DNA of 64,000 nt from Stegostoma tigrinum (Eukaryota): positions 3,810,342-3,874,341 of the forward strand of contig NC_081380.1 of the NCBI RefSeq assembly GCF_030684315.1, written 5' to 3'. How positions within the stretch are numbered: the stretch's first letter is position 1; every line of letters starts with the position of its first letter. Below the pieces are notes generated by a model. It was not told the origin of the DNA, did not search any database, and worked only from the letters and a program-made list of their open reading frames with translations. Positions 1 through 12,969 of the stretch are shown here, one piece after another. The position numbers and the translations under genes were made by a program.

Positions 1-392
1 GGAGGTGAGTTACTCACTGCAGTATTCCCAGCCTCTGATCTGGTCTTGTAGCCACTGTGTTTATGTGGTGGGTCCAGTTGAGTTCCTGGTCAATGGTCAC
101 TCCCAGGGTGTTGAAAGTGGGAGATTCAATGATGGTAACACCATTGAGCACCAAGGGACTGTGGTTAGAGTGTCCATTATTGGTGATGATCATAGCCTGG
201 CATTTGTGTGGCGCAAATATTATGTTCTACTTGTCAGTCCAAGCCTGGATATTGTCCAGATCTTGTTGCATTTGAACACAAACTGCTTCAGTATCTGAGG
301 AGTCATGAATGGTGTTGAACATTGTACAATCATCAGTGAACATCCCCTGACCTTACTCGAACAACACTTCTGACCTTACGATGGAGGGAAGC
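1..392 (-). mobile_element. Degraded non-LTR retrotransposon (CR1/L2-like) RT 3' fragment
   Basis: Homologous to 45706-46085, whose minus frame reads ...QMQQDLDNIQA..., a typical LINE RT segment. Confidence 0.7.
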
Positions 393-393
393 T

Positions 394-802
394 ACTTAAT
401 ATTCCATTAGTATTGCTGGCTAGGTCCCTGTTTATTAGTCATCCATGCCCTGGAGAAGGTGGTGGTAAGCTGTCTCTTGAACTATTGCAGTCCTTGGGAT
501 GTAGGAACACCCACAGTGCTGTTAGACAGGGAGTTCCAAAAACTCTGAAGGAAGGGCAATATATTTCCAAGTCAGGGTTGTGTGTCACTTGGAGAGAACT
601 TGTAGCCAGTGTAGTTCCCATGAATCTGGTGTGCCTTTGTTCTTCTATTGTGTGTTTGGAAGTTGCAATTGAAGGAGCTTTGTGGGTTGATGGAACCATG
701 AGTATAAATTTGGGATGTAAAATTAATTTCACTAATGGTGGCCATTGCTCTATGAAAAATAACTAGCTCACTTTTCATTGGTGAAGGAAATCTCTCATTC
801 TT
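394..802 (+). repeat. 409-bp direct duplication, copy 1
   Basis: Colinear with 2900-3308, about 12 substitutions and no indels by eye. Explains the near-identical ORF pairs 413..766 and 2919..3272. Confidence 0.95.
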
Positions 803-1217
803 GGTGACTGGGCGAATTATGGAGAGAACACGAGTACCGAATTCATGTTTAAAAACTGAGCACTGAACTCTGATGAGTGGAATAATGTAGAATGCAGCTG
901 GCCAAATTAATTAAAACAAAAGTCGGAATGTGAAATGTGATCAGCTGCAGCGACCAAGCCCCCCCCCCCCCCACCCACCCCCACCGAGTAATTTTGTTTT
1001 TAAAAACTCTACCTCTGCAGACCATCAAGATGTCATTGTGGGCTACAATCTGTGCCTGTTCCACTCAAATGCAGAAGTGAATACCATCTGGTAACGTCCT
1101 GGGTGGGCAAGGCAGGCTTTGCAGCTGTAAGTGAGTTAATCCATTTCCAAATGCCAGACGCTTATAGTAAGTGATTCTGACTATCTGTTACTCCAAACCA
1201 TGTATTAAAATGGTACT

Positions 1218-1321
1218 CTCTGATGCTCTCTGATGAAGGGTCTAGGCCCGAAACGTCAGCTTTTGTGCTCCTGAGATGCTGCTTGGCCTGCTGTGTTCAT
1301 CCAGCCTCACATTTTATTATC
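1218..1321 (+). mobile_element. Solo Penelope-like pLTR/3'-end fragment (104 bp) with 15-bp TSD
   Basis: TATTAAAATGGTACT at 1203-1217 and 1322-1336. The insert matches the ends of the GIY-YIG elements at 47029-48054 and 30140-31689. Confidence 0.88.
1228..1260 (+). ncRNA. Minimal hammerhead ribozyme motif (intact core)
   Basis: CTGATGA (1230-1236), A, stem II GGGT-CTAG-GCCC, then GAAA-CGTC (1250-1257). Stem III is a loopless palindromic ACGT with a GUC cleavage triplet, as in Penelope-associated minimal hammerheads. Activity not shown. Confidence 0.72.
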
Positions 1322-1337
1322 TATTAAAATGGTACTG

Positions 1338-2625
1338 CCTTGTGCCAGTTTGGTAATTCTATCACAGACGAGGGCTGTCAGTCACTTCACCTCTGCAATT
1401 CAGCTCTTTTGTACATGTTAGATCCAAGGATCTAATGAGATCAGGAGCTGAGTGGCCCTGGTGGAATCCAAACTGGGCGTCACTGAGCAGATTATTGCTG
1501 AGCAGGTGCTGCTTGATAGTGCTATTGATGGAACCTTCCATCACTTTACTGAAGATCGAAAGGAGACTGATGGGGCGGAATATGGCCAGGTTGGATTTTT
1601 CCCGCTTTTTATGACAGGACATACTTGGGCAATTTTCCTATTGTTGGGTAGATACCCATGTTGTAACTGTATGGGAACAGCTTGGCTACGGGGGCAGCAA
1701 GTTCTAGAGCACAGGTCTTCAGTGCTATTGCTGGAATGTTGTCAGGGCCCGTAGCCTTTGCAGTATGCAGTGTCTCCGACTGTTTCTTGATATCACATGG
1801 AGTGAATTGATTTGGCTGAAGACTGGTATCTGTAATGCTGGGGATCACCGGAGGAGGCCAAGATGGATCATCCACTTGGCACTTCTGGCTGAAGATTGCT
1901 GGGAATTCTTCAGCCTTATCTTTTGCACTGATCTGCCGTGCTCTTCCATCATTGAGGATGGGGATATTTGTGGCACCTCCTCCTCCAGTGAGTTGTTTAA
2001 TTGTCCACCACCATTCACAACTGGAAGTGGCAGGACTGCAGAGCTTAGATCTAATCCGTTGGTTGTGGGGTCACTTAGCTCTGTCTATCACTTGCTGCTT
2101 TTGCTGTTTGGCGTGCAAGTAGTCCTGTTTGGTGGCTTCACCAGGTTGATACCTCATCTTCAGGTAGGCCTGGTGCTGCTCCTGGTAATCAGCAGCGGGT
2201 TCCCTTGCCCATGTTTAACCTGAAGGCATGGGACTTCTTGGGGTCCAGAGTCAACGTTAAGGACTCTGAAGGCAATTCCCTCCTGACTACTTACCCCTGT
2301 GCCTTCTTCTGCTGGGTCTAACCTGTTGGTGAGACAGGGCATATCCAGGGACAGTGATGGTGGTGTCTAGGACAGATAACTATTGCTTAATTAGTCTGTG
2401 AGACAGCTCTCCATATTTTGACACTAGCCTTCCGACATTGGTAAGGAAGAACCTGCAGGATCAACAGGTCTGTTTCTGCCGTGGTGTTTTCTGGTGCCAA
2501 GCTTGCTGCCAGGTGATCCATTTCTTTGGGACTTTGTAATGATTGGTACAACTGAATGGCTTTGTAGGCCATTTCAGAGGGCAATTGAGGGTATCGCTGT
2601 AGGTCTGGAATCATGTGTGGGCCAG
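1338..2625 (-). mobile_element. Degraded non-LTR retrotransposon ORF2 (CR1/L2-like)
   Basis: Frames read KATGPDNIPAIALKTCA.ELAAP.AKLF and RPISLLSIFSKVME...DAQFGFHQGHS, with frameshifts. Confidence 0.85.
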
Positions 2626-2899
2626 ACCGGGTGAGGGCATTAATGAGTTTGAAGGGAGTTCCACCCCACCACCCAATGACAGTTTCATTATCATAATTGT
2701 TTTGGTGACATCCGTATTTCAATTGAATCCAAATTCCACTTTATGCTGTGGTGGGATTTGAACCCGGGTCCCCAGTACAATACCTGGGTCTCTTGACTAA
2801 CAGCCGAGCGAAAACACCACTAGGTCATCACCTTCCTTTCAGTTAATAGTTTGATATGGATTTGAACCCCAAGCTGGCAGTCAGAGGAATTTAAAAGCC

Positions 2900-3308
2900 A
2901 CTTAATATTCCATTAGTATTGCTGACTAGGTCCCTGTTTATTAGTCATCCATGCCCTGGAGAAGGTGGTGGTAAGCTGTCTCTTGAACTATTGCAGTCCT
3001 TGGGATATAGGAACACCCACAGTGCTGTTAGGCAGGGAGTTCCAAAAACTCTGAAGGAAGGGCAATATATTTCCAAGTCAGGGTTGTGTGTAACTTGGAG
3101 GGAACTTGTAGCCAGTGTAGTTCCCATGAATCTGGTGTGCTTTTGTTCTTCTATTGTGTGTTTGGAAGGTGCAATTGAAGGAGCTTTGTGGGTTGATGGA
3201 ACCTTGAGTATAAATTTGGGATATAAAATTAATTTCACTGATGGTGGCCATTGTTCTGTGAAAAATAACTAGCTCACTTTTCATTGGTGAAGGAAATCTC
3301 TCATTCTT
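2900..3308 (+). repeat. 409-bp direct duplication, copy 2 (probable donor)
   Basis: This copy continues into the expected SINE sequence (..ggtctggcctacat..); copy 1 stops abruptly. Confidence 0.95.
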
Positions 3309-6300
3309 CCCCGGTCTGGCCTACATCTGACTTCAGACCCATAGCATTGAGGTGTTTTTATTCATTCATATGATGATTCATAGACCAATATTTATTCCCC
3401 ATCCCTAGTTGCCCAGAGGCCAGCTAAGTGTGAACCATATTGATGTGGGCCTGGAGTCACGTGAAGGTCAGACCAGGTGAGGATGGCAAGTTTCCTTCCC
3501 TAAATAACCTTAGTGAACCAGATGGGTTTTTCCCCAACAATTTTACTGCCATCATTGGATGTTTAATTCCAGATTTCTATTGAATTCACGTCTCACCATC
3601 TGCCATGACTGGATTTGAACCCGTGTCCCCAGAACATCACTTCGGTCCCTGGATTCATAGTCTAGTGAAAATGCCAGTCAGGCATCGCCTCCCCCAACTT
3701 TTAACTGCTCTCCGAAATAGCCGAGCAAGTCGCCCTTGCAAGGACAATGAGGGTGGATAACATAGTTTGGGTAAGTGTGTTTGTGGGGACACAGGCCAGG
3801 AGGGATTGTGGTTGGAAATTTGGAGCAAAGACAGCCTGTGTTAAAATTCTGGAATGAAATCAGGCAGTTGTTTAGGACAGAATCCAAAATTCCCTCAACA
3901 AAGTCTTTGGCCCTGGGTCCTAATTGAAATTTTTGAGATTGAAATTGATAGAATTTTGTAGGTGAGTCTATCACTGCAGGTGGATAAAATTGAATAAATG
4001 CTTCTGTATTTGTAAAGGAATAAAAAAAAGCAGTTGCCCTGGCTGTTCTCATGCACTGAGAGGCTGGAAGAAGGTTAATGCTGGAAGAGTGACTGGTGTG
4101 GAGCACAGAGGATAAAACCAGAAATTGCTGAGCAGGTCACACAGAGCGAAACGGAGTCTGTGTTTCTGACTGGTAGCCTTTCAAGGAGCTGAAATACCAG
4201 CTCTATTTCTCCCTGCAGATTCTGTGTTGACTGTTGAGAATTTCCAGCATTTTGTCATTTTATTTTGGACTTCCAGAAATGGCAGTATTTTGTTTTTGTA
4301 TCACAGAACCGGGCAGACTGCATTCACATTGTGGACCTCCAGCATTGCAGGGGATTTTTTGCCCCCTGAATTCAACAGACGTTTGATCTTGGACAGTTGG
4401 TTTGGCATCCACCTGCAGGAGATATTATGGGAATGTCTTTAGAACCTGCCTATCCTATATCCATGGTATGTTCCTGTATCTAGGAGTAAGAAGGGTATTC
4501 CCAGCCTCTCTCACCCATTTGTTTGCCAGTATTCTGAAATGGCTGTTGTGGAGGTCCAGGGAAAACTAGGACAATTGCTTTCCTTGTTGAGAAGGATCTC
4601 GATGTTGAATTGGCCTTCATCACGATGCTGTGGCCCCCTCCAGGGCCAGGAGCAGGAACTAATACTTCCACGAGTATCCACCTCCAGGAATTGTCGTAAG
4701 GGGAAGATCGAAGTTTGACGAGAAAGTTCGTAGAGAATCACCGGAGAGCACGATCATAATCTCTGGGCTGTTTCCTCAGAGGTTCACTGTTCTCCTGGTG
4801 CAGATCCTCAGTGAGACTAGAAACTCCTAACCACCAACCACCCCGCTCCCCACCTCCCCCCCCCCCCCCCCCCCCCCCCACCCACCGACTCCCACCCCAG
4901 CCTGGAGTTTCAGCACCAAGAAAGTTAGGCAATGTGGGCTTAGGAGAAACTCAGAATTTATTGGGACGTAAGGGGGAATAGTTACATGGAGGACAGTAGG
5001 GATGTAGTGTAAATTCTTTGACTGAACTTGTTGGAATTTTTGATCTCACCAGGCATAATGAGCGGGAAATGCCGGAACAACACTGCAGGAAGCAAGACGT
5101 GTGAAATCTTTGGATGGTGCCCAGTCGAAGATGACAGCGTCGTTTCAAAGTAAGGATTCTTATCTGACTCCCGGCCTGGCAACCTTTGTGTTGTTCATGA
5201 GAGAGACCGATTCTCATGGTCTCTCCGTCAAATCCAGTTCCTTCCTGTTTGCAGAATGCCAAAGACATTTCATACAAAGAGACCATACAGCACAAAATGC
5301 AAAAAGCTCTTGATCCAGTGCTCAGAGAGTTTAGACCCTCACTCCCTCCCTCCATCACTGACAGACAGCAACGTCAGTGCGTATCATTTACACTGCACTG
5401 CATCAACTCAGCAAGGCTCCTGAGAGAGTATCCCTGAACTCTACCATACAGCAGGACAAGGCCAACAGATGCATGGAAGGAATTTCACCTGCAAGTTCCC
5501 TTCCTAGCTACTCACCACCTTCTTTTGGAAATATGTCATCAGTCCTTTGGCGTTGCTGGATTGAAATCCTGGAACTCCCTGTCTAACTGCACTGCAGCTG
5601 TACCTGCACATATAAAAGGCAACTTGGGATAGGTGATAAATCCTGGCCCGGTCAGTGATGCCCTCATTCAGCAAAGAGCAAAAGAGGGATTTAAATAAGC
5701 AGCGTCGGAGTGCAGCCTGTGTTGCCTCGGCCCTCTACACCTCTCTATGGATTGATATGCATGGAGATCAGTGGGAGGAGAAGCATTTGGTGTCCCTGCT
5801 GTTGTAGTACTTCGGGAGACAGCTGGCAGCCAAGGGCCTAGGACAGTCTGGAGGCCAGAGCTGCCCCTTTCATTGAGGAAAAGGTGAATTTTCAGGGTGA
5901 GTTCTGATTGCGTTGATAGACCAGCTGGAGCCCAGCTTTACCTGTGAACATTTAAAGAATTGGCACACTGAGGGACAAACTTCTGAATACTCCGGGCACG
6001 CTCAGCAAGTCAGACAGTGAGTGACCGAGTAGCAATACGCTGTTAGCTGGTCCCTAGAGGATATTGCACTGTAAAATTGCAGAATCTGTGTTCATAGAAG
6101 AAGGGTGTTGGAGAAATTGATTGGAAAGAAGGTTGAAAAACAAACAAAATGGAAAAGCCACCCTCACCTTCGCAGACTCGCACATGGAAATGCACTTACT
6201 TACTGTGCACAAAGCTCACACACATTCACACTCACAAACTCCTCACAGACACAAACACAGACTTGTAGATACCTGCACACACTCTCCACATCAGGTACTG

Positions 6301-7271
6301 TTGTAATGTAACCCACAGTCTCAGGTTAATACTGTGGGGGCATGGGTTTAAATCCCCACAATGGAAAATGGTAGCATTCAAATTCAGTTAATAAAATGGA
6401 ATTCCAATTTGATCTCAATAATGACAACAAAGCAGTTATCACCACCTGTGATAAAAACCCATCCTTTTCCAGTGTGGCCTACACGTAACTCCAGAATCTC
6501 AGCAATGTAGATGAGTCTTAATTGCCCTCTTTAATGACCAAACAGGTCAGTCAGTTCCAGGGCAATTAGGGATGGGCAGCAAATACTGTCCTTGCTCGCC
6601 ACATCCTTTGAAAGCAATAAGAAAGAAAGAGCTATAAATTGATTGACTTGCATTTGGATTTGCACTCCAGCACGTTGCCTTCCCTCACCTCTTGAGATCA
6701 CCGCTCCTGCCGTCAATCTTCTCCATCCCAATCAGTGAAGAGGAGGTGTGCTTGGATAAGGAAGAGACAAAAGAACAAGAGCAATCCCCTTGGGAGCACG
6801 TTGAGGGTGTGGATTTTGAGGTAAGACAGGAGCAGTAACAAAGAGAAGAAGGCAGGACAATGATCCAGGCAGCCCAGAAGGCCAGAGGGAACAATGTTGC
6901 TCCTTGCTTCGGGGATCCCTGAGCTGGCTGGAGACATTGTGTTTGTAAATCCCAATTTCCTTTGTGCTGTTGGAACATGGCTCTCTGCTGAGTGTACGTC
7001 ACATAAGTAACAGTTTAACTTGATCATTACTCTGTTCAATAAAAATTCTCCTTTCTTTCAAAGGCAGTGCTGTAGCCCCCTGCTCTGTGAAAGCTAAATG
7101 TCCTGTGCTAACCTTGCCTGGGCCCAGCATTGGTGATAAAGCAACAATTCCACCTGACAGCACTCTGCCTTGTTGGCGTTCGAGTGGTCTTTGTGCTTCG
7201 ACGTAGGAGTCACTGCAGGAAGTGCACTCCCTCATGAGGATTACCAAACGGTCACTCCACCTGACAATGCT

Positions 7272-7463
7272 TGAGGTTGGTCGGCTGGCTGAACTAGTTC
7301 GCTGTTTTGCGGACATTTCGTTACCGTGCTTGGTAACATCGGAGGTGCTCTGAGGATGTGACCGAGCACAGCAACGAGATGTCCGCAAAACAACAAACTA
7401 GCTCGGCCAGCCGACCAACTTCAACATCCACAACCTGAGCTACAGATCTACTCCAAAACCTTA
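7272..7463. mobile_element. 192-bp fold-back insertion of a second Penelope-like terminus family, 11-bp TSD
   Basis: CTGACAATGCT at 7261-7271 and 7464-7474. Arms ~7272-7340 and ~7355-7423 are reverse complements. The right arm has a degenerate hammerhead (CTGAGGA..GAGATGTC); the left arm (minus) keeps GTTACC/GGTAAC-GAAATGTC. Confidence 0.75.
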
Positions 7464-8852
7464 CTGACAATGCTCCTCTGAGTGTTGCCACGTCACCAAT
7501 CCTTCAATACTTCTCAGTGTCATGAATATTCGCTGAAACCTTGTTATGCCTGAGCAACTTCTCTGACAGTACCACATCTGTAATGGGCCGTGATCTCAGC
7601 ACTAACTTTCTCTTTAGTGCTACACAGCGAGGGAAACTGAACATGGGAGTTATCCAATAGCCATTTCACAACCTTAAATATTACCTTGTCTTGGACACAG
7701 GACAAGGCTTTCCCTCCTGAAAGGTATGGAAGCTCCATAAATTCCGACGTCTCTCCCTTGTGATGAGTGACTGAACTGGAGATACTGGGCTCCAGTTCCT
7801 TACCTTAAGCCTTGCTGCAATTCCAACTTATAGGCACGTGGCCCTCTGACAAATGCAGTCACTCACATTGTTGATAATCAGAGATGAACTGATGTTTGGC
7901 AACGTAGCATATCTATTTGCTGACCGAAGAGTACACACAGGGTGGTGCACATGTAGAATGAACTGTCAAGAGGAAGTGGTAGATGCAGATACAGTTACAA
8001 TATTTGAAAGACATTTGTATAAGTACATGAATAGGAAGGGTTTAGAGGGATATGGACCACACAGGCAAATGGGACTAGTTTTGTTTGAGAAATTTGATCG
8101 CACAGACAAGTTAGACCAAAGGGTCTGCTTCCATGCTGTATAGCTTTATGTTTCATATCTTTAGCTTCATTCTAGTTAACACAATCCTTATGGGATAGTA
8201 AGACTACAAAAGGGATCATCAGCGGAAGTGAACACATATTTACAAAAATGCACAAACTTATCTCAATGCAAATGTGCCACCAATGTGTCCTCAGACTGGT
8301 TTTTACTTTATCTCTGTATCACTATTTGTAGACATTGCCCAGCAGGGCTGGAGGAACTGTACTGTTTGGTAATGCTGTGTCGACTGAGAAGACTTGAGTG
8401 GTTATCCCCTGTAGGATTTTGTCTTTGAAACCCCTGGCCCAGCTGAGAAAGTACCACCCAGATTCAGGCTCACCCCATTCTCCCCAATGGGAGAGGCATT
8501 GTGTCACAGACAGTGGGGAGGGGCTCATAAACGGGCAGGACACCTCTGGAAGGTGCTTTCCTGAAGCTCTGGCAGCGCCCGCCTATGACCGCTAGCACCA
8601 ACCTGGTGACTTGAGTGGAATGGGGCACCCTTGAGACACAGACTGATGACCCTGATGTCCCTGTTGCCTGAGATGACGTGAATGATGGAGAATGGGTCCT
8701 TCAGCAACCGAGCTGTTTCTCCAGCATTGACTGGCACACTTTCCACAGAGGCAGGCAGGTGTACAATTTTCAGAGTCATCACAGCGGTGAGCACGCGGAA
8801 GCACTCATCCATCTCTAGTTCCAGCCTACTCTCTGCTTGGTGGTCTGATGCT

Positions 8853-8876
8853 TCTCTCTCTCTCTCTCTCTCTCTC
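8853..8876. repeat. (TC)n microsatellite
   Basis: Direct reading. Confidence 0.9.
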
Positions 8877-11204
8877 CCTGTCTCAAGGTTGGTCACATCA
8901 ATCTGTAGCTGAGCACAGAGGCACATCTAGTCCACAGACTCTCCGGCTGCACTCTGAGTGTTATGGGCCACAGGCTGTGAAAATGTTGTCAGTGATGTGC
9001 TCCCCAGAATGTGCCTTGCTGAGCCTGGTTTGGCGAGAGTAGCCCCTGACAGTCTTCACACTGCTCGAGGGTATAGCTGTGACGTCATCTTCTGGATTTC
9101 ACAAGTTTCCTCCTCAGAGCCTGAGCTGGTGCAAAGGACTCAGTTGAGGATTCCTGGATACCACTAGTGCCTGTGGAGGTGAAGACAAATAGTGAGCAGA
9201 TGGTCGTGGAGGGAAGCTTACTCAGAGCAGTGTGCCAGCACTGGCGTTCACATTGAGAAGAGCAGAGTGCAATCTCAGGGTGACAGGGATGCTGGCCCAT
9301 TGTTATCTCCCCCCTCACTACAGGACCAAAAACAGCTCTTCTCCAGCTAACTCAATGGTCTTCCCTCACCAACACAAGCTTTGCCAGCACTCCCCACCCC
9401 AGGACTGAACGAGATGGTGACGGGTGCAGCAGCATCAGTTGTGAGGTTGCGAGGGGAGGTGTGGTTTGGTCAGCCGGAGCTCTGGAAAGGTTAGCTGCTT
9501 GAATGGCCAAGCTGGGTGTGAGCCCTTGACTGGACATCACACTCGTGATGACTTTGCAGGCTGTGAGGTTTCGTGGCTGTGCCGTGGCCGAGTTAGAGCA
9601 AGTGTGACCGTGAGGAGGCAGGGTGAAGAGAGTGCCACTCCTCTTCGTGTAGCACAGGAGAGGGGTAACTTTTCTATCAACCTTCGCGCAGGGTCCAACC
9701 GCACTGACCTGTGCCCAGGCTGGTTGAATCTGATACAGGAGACTATCGCAGGGATGATGATGTGCCATCTTTTTCTGACCTTTCAGGACACCTACCCTGT
9801 AGCAGGAACAGGGGGCTTCTTTTCATGAAGCAGGAGCGAGCACCACGTTGTGAAGGCTAATTTCTGGCATGCAGCATTCAAAATGGTGTCCATCTGGTCT
9901 TTAAGTATGACCCAGGGTCTTCGAGCATGGAAGGTCCCATCAAGAGGTGAGTTCAGCTCCTCAATGTGTCCCTCCCCATGCGATTTACTGAGTAACTCCC
10001 ACCACATCTCACTTGCAGCGGAAATGCGCTGAGAAGTTCACAATTGGCTGAGATAATTCTGGCCATGGCAGATATAAGGCCATCCAAAATACTGACCGTC
10101 ACATTCCCACATCAGAAGGAAATATTCCACACTTTGAAAAAATGGTGCATCTTTATGCTTTGTTCACACACTCATTGCATTTGATGGTTTTGTTGTTGTG
10201 CAAAGTGAAGAAGTACATCGAACTGAGTTGCAGAGGAAAATGGACAAAAATAATTCTATCCTCATGCTTATATGAAAATAGAATGAATATAGTCAGGGGC
10301 TATATTCAGCTCACAGCAGATTCTAGGAATTACAGTCGCATTAGATGGATTTTCTCATGAGATCCTGTGTTAAGATTTCCCCAGTTGAGAAGATTTACAA
10401 GAATGCATCATTGCAGAAAGCGTGTATTGAATTTGATTATTAATGTTCACACAGGGATTCTGTATAACAAGGCGTTGTGGGATTGCCCTCCTTCTGGTTA
10501 CACTGTGTCAAAAGCACAGAAAGTAGAGGGTGTACATTTATTTCTCTGCCTGAGCTAAATGTCTCTCACCTGCTGCGGGGACCTGTTGGTTGGACAGCTA
10601 GATATTAGCAACAATAAAAGGATAACTTTGAACATTTCAAATTCCTCAGAAATAGTCAAGGGTCCAGTAGGCTTCACAGAATCTGCTGCCAGCCTGCAAA
10701 TTGAAGCATGGCAAGAGAAACTGCAATGTGCCTTTTAGCAATGGTTAGTGCCGTGCTATCATCCCCTCCGTGTGAGTGACATAGACTGCTCACTGAAATC
10801 GGTCTCTTAATGATTGGCACTTTGTAATGTAATTTAGTTGTTCTGTTATGTTCAACTAACAGTTGACTGGAAACTCCAAAGGTAGACAGATAATAACATT
10901 TAACACCAGACCAATGCTCATAATCATTGGAAACTCCACTTGTGTGGTTTTATTTCTGCTTTTCACTCAGGTGCCCTGCGGGTATTCCATCCACATTGCT
11001 GAAATTAGGTGTTAAGATATCCTCCAGGCTCTCCTAAGATTTAATACCTCGGTCATGTTTGAAGTTCAAATTAGGCAATGGAATTTTAACAATAAAGTAG
11101 CTGTACGTTTGGAAATATACAGGTTGGCTGCTTTCATGGAAATGTCCCGCTTCCCTACGTCACGGGTTTGCTCTCTATCTGCACTTTGTTCTTCCCAGCA
11201 ACTT

Positions 11205-12003
11205 GCTCAGATGGGCCAAAGGGTCGAGGTGTTGCAGTTTGGTAAGACAAGCCAGGGCAGGAGTTACAATGTTAATTGTGGGGACCTAGGGAACGTTGTC
11301 AAGCAGAGAGACTTAGGGGTACAGATATAATTCCTTAAAAGTTATGTCACAGGGACTCTGAGTGGTGAAGAAGGGTTTGGCATGCTTGGCTTTATTGGTC
11401 AGCGCATTGAGTATAGGGGTTGGGTTGTCATGCTGCACAGGACACCAATGAGGCCTCCCTTAGCCGACTGCATTCAGTTCTTGTCTCCCTGCTATGGGAA
11501 AGATGTTTATAAACTTGAAAGGGCTCAGAAAAGATTTAGAAGGATGTTGTTGGGATTGGAGGGTTTGAGCTACTAGGAGAGGCTGAATAGACTGGGTCTA
11601 TTTTCCTTGGAGCATCAGAGGCTGAGGGGTGACCTTATAGGGGTTTACAAAATCATGAGGGGCAGGGATAGGTGAACAGCCAAGGTCTTTCCCCCAGGGT
11701 GGGGGAATCCAAAACTAGAGGGCATAGGTTTAAGGTAAGAGGGGTAAAATTTAAAAAGGACCTGAGGGGCAACATTTTCACGCAGAGGGTGGTGCGTGTA
11801 TGGAGTGTGTTACCAGAGCAATTGATGGAGGTTGGTACAATGACCACATTTAAAAGGCATCTGGAAGGGTATGTAAATAGGAAGGTTTACACAAATATCT
11901 GTCAAATGCTGGCAAATGAGACTACATTAATGCAGAATATTTGGTTGGCATGGACAAGTTGGACTGAAGGGCCTGATTCTGTGCCATACAACACTGTGAT
12001 CTA
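11205..12003 (+). mobile_element. CR1 LINE 3' fragment
   Basis: KLERAQKRFRRMLLGLEGLSY...KTRGHRFKVRG..F..DLRGNIFTQRVVRVW, the CR1 ORF2 C-terminus, followed by 3'UTR. Confidence 0.9.
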
Positions 12004-12969
12004 TATCGACAACAGGGTTGTGTAACTGTTTGCTTGCTTGAGTTGGTAAATAAAGCTAATAAAATTCCAATTGCATTAATATGCTGAGAACACTTTATAC
12101 TTCAAGTCCCACACCCAACATGAATCCTCGATAAACAAGAACACCAGTCATAAGATTCATTCCAACCATGATTACTCACTGCTGATTTGCACCCTGTCTA
12201 ACAAGGTGCAGAGTCATTGAATCTTACTGACATAAATACACAGAAAACCAGAAAGGACCATTCCACCCATCATTTCTGCACTGATTGTTTAAGTGAGCCG
12301 TCCAATTGAATCCTACACTCCACATGTTGACCCATAACCAGTTGTATACTAATTATGCACTTCTTTTATTATTTTACATTTTTATTTTAATGTTTCTTTG
12401 AAACAATATCACATTAAAATTCTTTGATGGATGTGGGCATCATTGGTTTCACCAGCATTTACTGCTGATTCCCAATTGCCTTTGGGAATGTGGTAGGGAG
12501 CTATTCTCTGAAATCAGTGTAATGTGGACGGTGGATGGATAGCCACAGTCCTTTTAGGAAGAGAATTCTAGGATGCTGACTCAGTGACAACGAAGCAACA
12601 GCAATATAATTCCAAACAGAACATTGTGTGGCTTGGATTGTGCTGTCATAGAGTCATACAGATCGGAAACAGACCCTTCAAACCAACTATTCCAAGCCAA
12701 CCATAATCCAAACTAAACTAGTCCCACCTGCCTGCTCCTGGCCCATATCCTTCCAAACCTTTCCCATTCAGGTACTTATTAAAATGCCTTTTAAACTTTG
12801 TAATTGTACACACATTCACCACTTCCTCAGGAAGTTTGTTCCACATTGCCTATCTACAGTCCTGAAAAAAATATTATCGTCAGATAAAAGTTTGATTACT
12901 TTGGGATTTCTTACGAACTTGATTCCAATATGCTTTCAGAGAATGTTTTCAAGTGATGAACAACCCTTT

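Larger units (their letters stand above)
6665..10030. mobile_element. Probable highly degraded PIF/Harbinger DNA transposon relic, interrupted by other repeats
   Basis: Plus 6720-6915 gives an acidic tail ending AAQKARGNNVAPCF, resembling a HARBI1-type transposase C-terminus. Minus 9660-9830 gives ..QPAWAQVSAVG..CAKVDRKVTPLL, resembling the Myb/SANT second ORF. The two are convergent. Similarity is weak and no TIRs were identified. Confidence 0.4.

Noticed and set aside
413-3272. Duplicated 117-aa ORFs as tandem paralogous genes
   Set aside because: They are chance frames in a recent duplication of repeat-derived DNA, start at non-ATG codons, and are kept only by high nucleotide identity.
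4140-4190. Minus-strand LKGYQSETQ, resembling P2X exon 2 (EKGYQ)
   Set aside because: No WVF start or suitable acceptor, a stop follows within about 10 codons, and it lies in a degraded Penelope-type terminal repeat.
4307-4465. Phase 0-0 exon-like segment with a single in-frame TGA (4367-4369): possible selenoprotein
   Set aside because: No resemblance to any selenoprotein I know, no SECIS identified and no partner exons.
959-4900. Poly-C tracts (959-982 and ~4855-4879) as G-quadruplex elements
   Set aside because: Simple homopolymer runs with no evidence of function; length is unreliable in assemblies.
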